Assembly: GCF_000829315.1 (NCBI RefSeq) | Contig: NZ_AP013028.1 | Coordinates: 630,001 to 662,000 of the forward strand | Direction: 5' to 3' | DNA from: Wolbachia endosymbiont of Cimex lectularius | Lineage (GTDB): Bacteria > Pseudomonadota > Alphaproteobacteria > Rickettsiales > Anaplasmataceae | DNA: 32,000 bases | Shown here: piece by piece, positions 27,071 through 32,000 of the stretch | Numbering within the stretch: position 1 is the stretch's first letter | Layout: each line of letters begins with the position of its first letter | Position numbers and translations under genes: made by a program | Notes under the pieces: model-generated | What the model was told of the DNA's origin: nothing | The model's database searches: none | What the model saw: only the letters and a program-made list of their open reading frames with translations

Positions 27071-27778
27071 ATGTTCAATGTTACAATATTAACCATATTC
27101 CTAGAGATGTTTCCTGGGTTTTTAAACTATTCCCTTGCTGGAAGAGCGTTAGAAAAGAAAATATGGGATCTTGAAGTGGTAAATATTCGTTCCTTTGCTA
27201 AGGATAAACACTCAACGGTAGACGATGTTCCATATGGAGGCGGGGCAGGAATGATTATGCGCCCTGATGTTACTGGTGATGCAATTGATAGTGTGCTCAC
27301 TGCTCATAGGGATACTAAATTTATTTATATGACTCCATCTGGCACGAGATTTAATCAAAGCATTGCAAAAGAATTGATAGAATTCCCTCATATAACAATA
27401 TTGTGTGGTCGATTTGAGGGTATTGACCAAAGAGTGGTTGATGAGTATACTCCTTATGAGTTAAGTATCGGAGATTATGTACTTTCAGGAGGTGAGCCGG
27501 CTGCGATGGTAGTTCTTGATGCATGTGTTAGGCTTCTTCCTGGTGTAGTAAGTAATTCTGATAGTATTACTGAGGAAAGTTTTAGTTATGGTGGTGGTAT
27601 GCTTGAGTACCCTCAATATACTAAACCTAAGCAGTGGAGAGAACATGAAGTGCCTGAGGTTCTGTTATCTGGTAATCACAAAAAAATAAGTGATTGGAGG
27701 CGGAAACAGTCTCAAGCTATAACGAAAAGGCGTAGACCTGAATTATTAGATGGAGATATAAATGACAAATTTACTTGA
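27071..27778 (+). CDS. trmD: tRNA (guanine37-N1)-methyltransferase
   Basis: 235 aa with the TrmD blocks [20 protein letters not shown] and [11 protein letters not shown]. Confidence 0.95.
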   Translation: MFNVTILTIFLEMFPGFLNYSLAGRALEKKIWDLEVVNIRSFAKDKHSTVDDVPYGGGAGMIMRPDVTGDAIDSVLTAHRDTKFIYMTPSGTRFNQSIAKELIEFPHITILCGRFEGIDQRVVDEYTPYELSIGDYVLSGGEPAAMVVLDACVRLLPGVVSNSDSITEESFSYGGGMLEYPQYTKPKQWREHEVPEVLLSGNHKKISDWRRKQSQAITKRRRPELLDGDINDKFT

Positions 27779-28145
27779 AAAGTTCAATAAGCAGCAAATG
27801 CAAGTGTTAGCTAAAGAATTGCCAGAGTTTCGTCCTGGTGATGATTTGAAGATCACTTTTAAAGTGGTTGACAGTGCAAGTGAACGTATGCAAATATTTG
27901 AAGGTGTATGTATATCAAAAAGAAATCGTGGGCTACATTCTTCTTTTGTGGTTAGAAAAGTGAGTCATGGAGAAAGTATAGTATCACAGTTTTTTGTTTA
28001 TTCTCCAGCATTAGTTTCAGTGCAAGTGACAAGAAGGGGGAAAGTTCGTAGAGCAAAATTATACTACTTATATAAGCTATTTGGAAAAGCTGCAAGAATA
28101 AAAGAGCGTACTACTTACAAAAGCGGTAAGTCTAAGCAGCTTTAA
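27762..28145 (+). CDS. rplS: 50S ribosomal protein L19
   Basis: 127 aa. FRPGD...[14 protein letters not shown]...[13 protein letters not shown] is typical of L19. The gene overlaps trmD by 17 nt. Confidence 0.95.
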   Translation: MTNLLEKFNKQQMQVLAKELPEFRPGDDLKITFKVVDSASERMQIFEGVCISKRNRGLHSSFVVRKVSHGESIVSQFFVYSPALVSVQVTRRGKVRRAKLYYLYKLFGKAARIKERTTYKSGKSKQL

Positions 28146-28206
28146 TGAAAAATGGTGTTGCTTCAGTTCTTGATGCGCTGAGGCAATAGGAAGGGACTGA
28201 AAATAG

Positions 28207-29457
28207 ATGAGCATAAAGACAAAATTCCTTAAACTGCTTCAGTCCAGGCGCGTACATGCTCGCATAAGAAGGAAAAATAAAAGAAATAGAACATTGTATT
28301 TCTGTTCTTTCATAACATTAGTTATTTCGCTTGGTTGTCCTATATGCATATTGTTGAGCATATTAATTAACTCTTATAGCGCCTTAACAATAACGAAGAT
28401 TTTGTTACCAGTTGAGATAACTGCTGATTTTGCTTTGGCAGATAATCCTGGTGATTTACGATATAAGTCCATTGATTTACTTAATAATTCTCTACGTAAA
28501 GTGTTTAAAGGGACCAATTTCAGGAGTAATGACGAGATTTTAAGTCGTAATTCTTACAAGGAGCTAGAGAATTTTTTTCGTAGGAAAGTGAAGCACAGTG
28601 GTGAATATGAAATCTGGTTTACTGCATCAAGTATAATCAATTCAATAAACAAAGATAAATATTTCAATAGTCATTATGCTGAACTGCTCAGTTGGCTAAA
28701 AGAAAAGGGGAGGGTGAAAAAGTCCTTTAATAAGTCTTTATTTCTTAAATCTGATTCTCGTGAGCCTGAGAATGCAGGAATTTTAGGAGCATTCATCGGC
28801 TCATTAATGACGATTATGGTGTGTCTAGCTTTGGCGTTACCAATAGGAGTTATGTCAGGCATCTATCTTCACGAATTTATGCCCAGGAACAGTATAATAA
28901 CTAGCATTGTAGAGGTTAGTATAAATAATCTTGCTGCAGTGCCTTCGATAATATTTGGTGTAGTAGGTTTAACTCTCTATCTTGGTATATTTGGTTTACC
29001 TCGTTCTTCGCCACTTGTTGGTGGAATGACTCTTTCATTTATGATGTTACCTAATATTATAATTGCAACAAAAAATGCCTTTGCGAACGTTCCTATTATA
29101 ATAAAAGATGCAGCTTTTGCCCTTGGAGCGCCTCACATCAAAGTAATATTAGATCACTCTCTACCGATTGCATTACCGAGAATAATACATGGCGCTGTGC
29201 TTGCAGTTGCAAGAGTTTTGGGTGAGTCCTCTCCTTTACTTATGATAGGTATGGTAGCATTTATAGCTGACGCACCAGCATCCTTTTTCGACCCGGCAAC
29301 TGTTTTGCCTGTACAAATATACATATGGTCAAGTAGTCCTGAGATTGCATTTGTTGAGCTTGCTGCCATTGCAATTATAGCTTTGTTGATAATGTTGTTT
29401 GCTCTGAATTTAGTAGCAAATTTTGTAAAAAGAAAATTCGAGTTTTTTAATTTTTAA
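28207..29457 (+). CDS. pstA: phosphate ABC transporter permease PstA
   Basis: 416 aa with an N-terminal TM, a long periplasmic loop, and then a permease core with the EAA-type loop DAAFALGAPHIKVILDHSLPIALP. No other pst genes are adjacent. Confidence 0.85.
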   Translation: MSIKTKFLKLLQSRRVHARIRRKNKRNRTLYFCSFITLVISLGCPICILLSILINSYSALTITKILLPVEITADFALADNPGDLRYKSIDLLNNSLRKVFKGTNFRSNDEILSRNSYKELENFFRRKVKHSGEYEIWFTASSIINSINKDKYFNSHYAELLSWLKEKGRVKKSFNKSLFLKSDSREPENAGILGAFIGSLMTIMVCLALALPIGVMSGIYLHEFMPRNSIITSIVEVSINNLAAVPSIIFGVVGLTLYLGIFGLPRSSPLVGGMTLSFMMLPNIIIATKNAFANVPIIIKDAAFALGAPHIKVILDHSLPIALPRIIHGAVLAVARVLGESSPLLMIGMVAFIADAPASFFDPATVLPVQIYIWSSSPEIAFVELAAIAIIALLIMLFALNLVANFVKRKFEFFNF

Positions 29458-29460
29458 TTC

Positions 29461-30267
29461 ATGAAAATTATTGTTTTATCTGGTTATGGCTTGAACTGTG
29501 AGAAGGAAACTGCATTTGCATTTATAGAATGTAGTAGAAAACTTGGTATCAACAATGTAGAAGTGAAGATCGTTCATATTAATGAGATCATAGGTAATCC
29601 AGGTGAACTGAAATCAAGTAATATACTAGCAATTCCAGGAGGTTTTTCCTACGGTGATGACACTGGTGCTGGTAATGCATTTGCTCTGCGCATTAAAAAC
29701 AATTTGTTGGATGAGTTTCAAGATTTTTTATCTCAGGATAAGCTTGTTATAGGGATATGTAATGGTTGTCAGGTATTAGTAAAGTTAATTCCAGAATTCT
29801 CTAACCTGGCTTTAATACGCAATGATGTAGGTAATTATCAGTGTCGTTGGATTAGAGTGAAAGTTAGCCCACAAAGTAATTCTGTTTGGCTACAGGACCT
29901 AAATGAGCTGTATCTTCCTATTGCTCATGGAGAAGGCAAGTTTTTTATGGATCAGAGTGTTTTGGATCAATTGATTGAAAATAATTCCGTTGCACTGCGT
30001 TATGTTGATGAAGAAGGTAACTACGCCAACTTGCAGTTTCCTTGCAATCCAAACGGATCTACGTACGATCTGGCAGCCTTATCAGATAAAAGTGGTAGAG
30101 TACTGGCTTTAATGCCTCATCCGGAGAGAGGGATATTTTTCACTCAGCAGGACAACTGGCCGCTTGAAAAGGAGAAAAGCAAGCGCTTAGATGCCGCTAT
30201 GCCAAAATATGGCGATGGAATGCTTATATTTGAAAATGCACTGAAATATTTTGCACAGGCGTTGTAA
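29461..30267 (+). CDS. purQ: phosphoribosylformylglycinamidine synthase, glutamine amidotransferase subunit
   Basis: 268 aa. It is a class-I GATase with the nucleophile GICNGCQ and the His/Glu pair in MPHPER. Confidence 0.85.
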   Translation: MKIIVLSGYGLNCEKETAFAFIECSRKLGINNVEVKIVHINEIIGNPGELKSSNILAIPGGFSYGDDTGAGNAFALRIKNNLLDEFQDFLSQDKLVIGICNGCQVLVKLIPEFSNLALIRNDVGNYQCRWIRVKVSPQSNSVWLQDLNELYLPIAHGEGKFFMDQSVLDQLIENNSVALRYVDEEGNYANLQFPCNPNGSTYDLAALSDKSGRVLALMPHPERGIFFTQQDNWPLEKEKSKRLDAAMPKYGDGMLIFENALKYFAQAL

Positions 30268-30302
30268 CACGACACAATGTTACATAGTAAACGGTGTTAC
30301 CC

Positions 30303-30591
30303 AACAGAAACAAAAAAACTACTTGACAACCTTCGCCAGTCCCCTTACAATAGAATTGTGGGTGTTTTAAGCCTAAAATTTATCTTTAATCTTTGTATTA
30401 AGTGACAAAAGCACAGTATAAAACAAGGCGTGTTATGTTTAATTTTTGCAGCATGGACATTGCATGTCTTTATAATTTTTTGTCTACATTAGCTGGACCT
30501 CGCTTATTAAGCGGTGTAAGAGAGAACCGGACGCCAAGTTTTTGAGAGAACAGTAAACAACTCACATTGCGGGGTTTCTTTTGTCTTTTTT
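30303..30591 (+). ncRNA. candidate promoter-sRNA-terminator module, copy E
   Basis: A-tract CAGAAACAAAAAAACTAC, -35 TTGACA (30323-30328), 17-nt spacer, -10 TACAAT (30346-30351). Hairpins are TGCAG-N8-TTGCA (with G:U) and CGCTT-ATT-AAGCG. It ends GGGGTTTCTTTTGTC plus T6. Confidence 0.45.
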
Positions 30592-30630
30592 CAAAATTCG
30601 TTAAAAATTTAACTAATCTCATTTTTTTTA

Positions 30631-30780
30631 CAAAAAAATTGCTTGACAAGTTTTGACGTTTCCCTTATCATGAAATTATGGGTATTTACAACCCCAAGGT
30701 CAGCTACTTGTCAAGCGTATAGAACATTAACGCCAAGTTATTAAAATAGATATTGACCGGGGCTTCTTTTGCTTTTTTTT
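30631..30780 (+). ncRNA. candidate promoter-sRNA-terminator module, copy F (short form)
   Basis: -35 TTGACA (30643-30648), 17-nt spacer, -10 TATCAT (30666-30671). The closing helix is CCCCAAGGTCA...TGACCGGGG, and the inner helix is ACTTG(TCAA)GCG...CGCCAAGT. It ends GGGGCTTCTTTTGC plus T8. Confidence 0.45.
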
Positions 30781-30882
30781 CGTGTAGTTTAGGTTATGCA
30801 ACGTGTCTACTCTCTAGTTTCACTATGAAACAATTGAATTGACTTTATATGAACAATCAGTATAACTTAGTTAACTTGTATC

Positions 30883-30954
30883 GACTCTTTCGTCTAGTGG
30901 TTAGGACACCACCCTTTCACGGTGGTAACACGGGTTCAAATCCCGTAAGAGTCA
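30883..30954 (+). tRNA. tRNA-Glu (anticodon TTC)
   Basis: A 72-nt cloverleaf folded by hand. Acceptor GACTCTT/AAGAGTC, D stem GTCT/GGAC, anticodon stem CCACC/GGTGG with loop CTTTCAC, and T arm ACGGG-TTCAAAT-CCCGT. CCA is not encoded. Confidence 0.9.
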
Positions 30955-31326
30955 CTCGTCATGTTTTATGGATCTCTCTTATAATGATTTTAGCATGGCA
31001 TAAATCCGCCACAATAGCCTGTTTTGCCACCCATAGAACCTTTTGCTTCTAATTGTTTACCTAAAGTTTACCATTTTCTTTCCATAATCTGTTAATTTTT
31101 TTAAAAAAGTGGGTACTTTTTTGCTATTTTGAGAAAAGTAAATAAACGCATTTGTTGTGACGCTAAAGACGACCTGTTTTTGCATGAACATGGTTGATCT
31201 AGTTAAGATCTAACTCAATATTAAAGAAGCGTAAAGTAGTACACCACACCTGCAGCACACTACCCGCATTTTTACTTTTTCACATTCAGCCTTAATAATT
31301 AGCGACGCCATGAAGCCTGCAAGTAA

Positions 31327-31559
31327 CTAGTTTGTGATCTGCCATTATCACTATTGTCAGAGTTGCCAGCTTGTGACCTGCGCAACTGTCTACGCGATGT
31401 TACCCGTACTTCCCTTAACCTGCTCTTAGATCTAACTGATCACTATTGTCAGCTCGTGATCTGCTAATATCACTATCGTCAGAGTCGTTAGAACGTGAAA
31501 ATCTCGGTAACCTATTAGACGATATTGACTGCACTTCACTTAACTCGCTGCTTAGATCT
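31327..31559. repeat. degenerate ~108-bp tandem duplication at the 3' end of the LRR gene
   Basis: Unit 31451-31559 and unit 31327-31432 align over GTGATCTGC.A.TATCACTAT.GTCAGAGT ... CTTAAC..GCT.CTTAGATCT. A third partial copy, ATCACTATTGTCAG, lies at ~31439-31452. Confidence 0.75.
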
Positions 31560-32000
31560 GACTGATCGCTATCGCTACCAGAGTTTGACAGGCTCGATGA
31601 GCTCTCTTCCATTTCTCTATTACGCCTTTTTTCTAATGAGATAAGGATATATACTTCTACACCTTTGTCATCAATTCTGTTCCATCTTAAATCAAGTGAA
31701 GTAAGCCGTGAAAGATTACCATTAGCTAAAGCCTCTGCACCTTTTTTACTAATATTATTACCCATAAGATCAAGTTCAGTGAGACGTATAAGATTACCGT
31801 TAGCTAAGGCTTCTACACCTTTATTACCAATACGGTTGTTATTTAAATTAAGTGAAGTAAGACGTGCAAGATTGCTATCAGCTAAAGCCTCTGCACCCTT
31901 TTCACCAATATCATTACTCGATAAATTAAGCTCAGTAAGCCGTGAAAGATTACCATTAGCTAGAGCCTCTGCACCTTTATCACCAATTTCGTTGAAACGT
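31415..32000 (-). CDS. leucine-rich-repeat protein (26-residue RI-like LRRs) with acidic Ser/Asp-rich tail; 5' end beyond window
   Basis: The frame is open to the window edge. There are four exact 78-nt periods (GCACC landmarks at 31741, 31819, 31897, 31975). They encode NL.RLT.L.L..N.IG.KGAEALA repeats, followed by EESSSSLSNSGSDSDQSDLSSELSE...SNDSDDSDISRSRADNSDQ. Confidence 0.75.
   Translation of the reverse strand, partial: RFNEIGDKGAEALANGNLSRLTELNLSSNDIGEKGAEALADSNLARLTSLNLNNNRIGNKGVEALANGNLIRLTELDLMGNNISKKGAEALANGNLSRLTSLDLRWNRIDDKGVEVYILISLEKRRNREMEESSSSLSNSGSDSDQSDLSSELSEVQSISSNRLPRFSRSNDSDDSDISRSRADNSDQLDLRAG

Noticed and set aside
28155-28190. Hairpin GTTGCTTCAG...CTGAGGCAAT between rplS and pstA, considered as a terminator or attenuator.
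   Set aside because: It is an imperfect stem with no following T-run, and the gap is only ~60 nt, so the evidence is insufficient.
30303-30591. Terminal inverted repeats for the modules: the 5' CAGAAACAAAAAAAC versus the complement of the 3' GTCTTTTTTC, which would imply a classical MITE.
   Set aside because: The similarity is confined to low-complexity A/T runs, and no consistent target-site duplication could be seen by eye. I leave this open rather than claim it.
421-30780. A CRISPR-like interpretation of the recurring modules.
   Set aside because: The repeats are 110-300 bp, irregularly spaced kilobases apart, and occur on both strands. They carry their own promoters. There is no short repeat-spacer periodicity and no cas genes.
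30849-31052. 67-aa ORF downstream of the modules.
   Set aside because: It overlaps tRNA-Glu (30883-30954) on the same strand, and its sequence is simply the tRNA read as protein.

Overview
AT-rich alphaproteobacterial endosymbiont chromosome. Gene content, the hemE/tlyC junction, the permuted tmRNA and the CCAGTG-type palindromic repeats all point to Wolbachia (Anaplasmataceae), though I cannot confirm this without a database. Most of the window is housekeeping: murA (partial), aatA, an MFS transporter, glyA, sodB, an M16 peptidase, an ABC exporter, grxD-bolA, malic enzyme, pgsA, yggT-ftsK, ssrA (two-piece tmRNA)-sspB, hemE, a putative oriC, tlyC, chpT, purM, purC, trmD-rplS, pstA, purQ and tRNA-Glu. 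Accessory or decaying content includes an 860-bp IS5-family element with a TAA target duplication, a frameshifted Rpn/PD-(D/E)XK nuclease gene, a 26-residue-LRR protein with an acidic Ser/Asp tail, two orphan proteins, and lesions in sugE, yggT, chpT and a small membrane-protein gene. The most unusual signal is non-coding: at least 8 full copies, plus fragments, of a self-contained module. Each module has an A-tract, an invariant TTGACA, exactly 17 nt of variable spacer, TATCAT/TATAAT/TACAAT, a 110-260 nt structured ORF-less body, and a conserved GGGNTTTCTTTTGYC + T-run 3' end. I cannot assign it to any RNA or IS family I know. A tandem pair of these modules occurs as a ~500-bp inverted repeat at both ends of the window, bracketing ~29 kb that contains the putative origin. 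The Rpn gene sits in a similar promoter/terminator frame, which suggests a link between the two. All coordinates for RNA ends, promoters and the origin are estimates from reading the sequence by eye.
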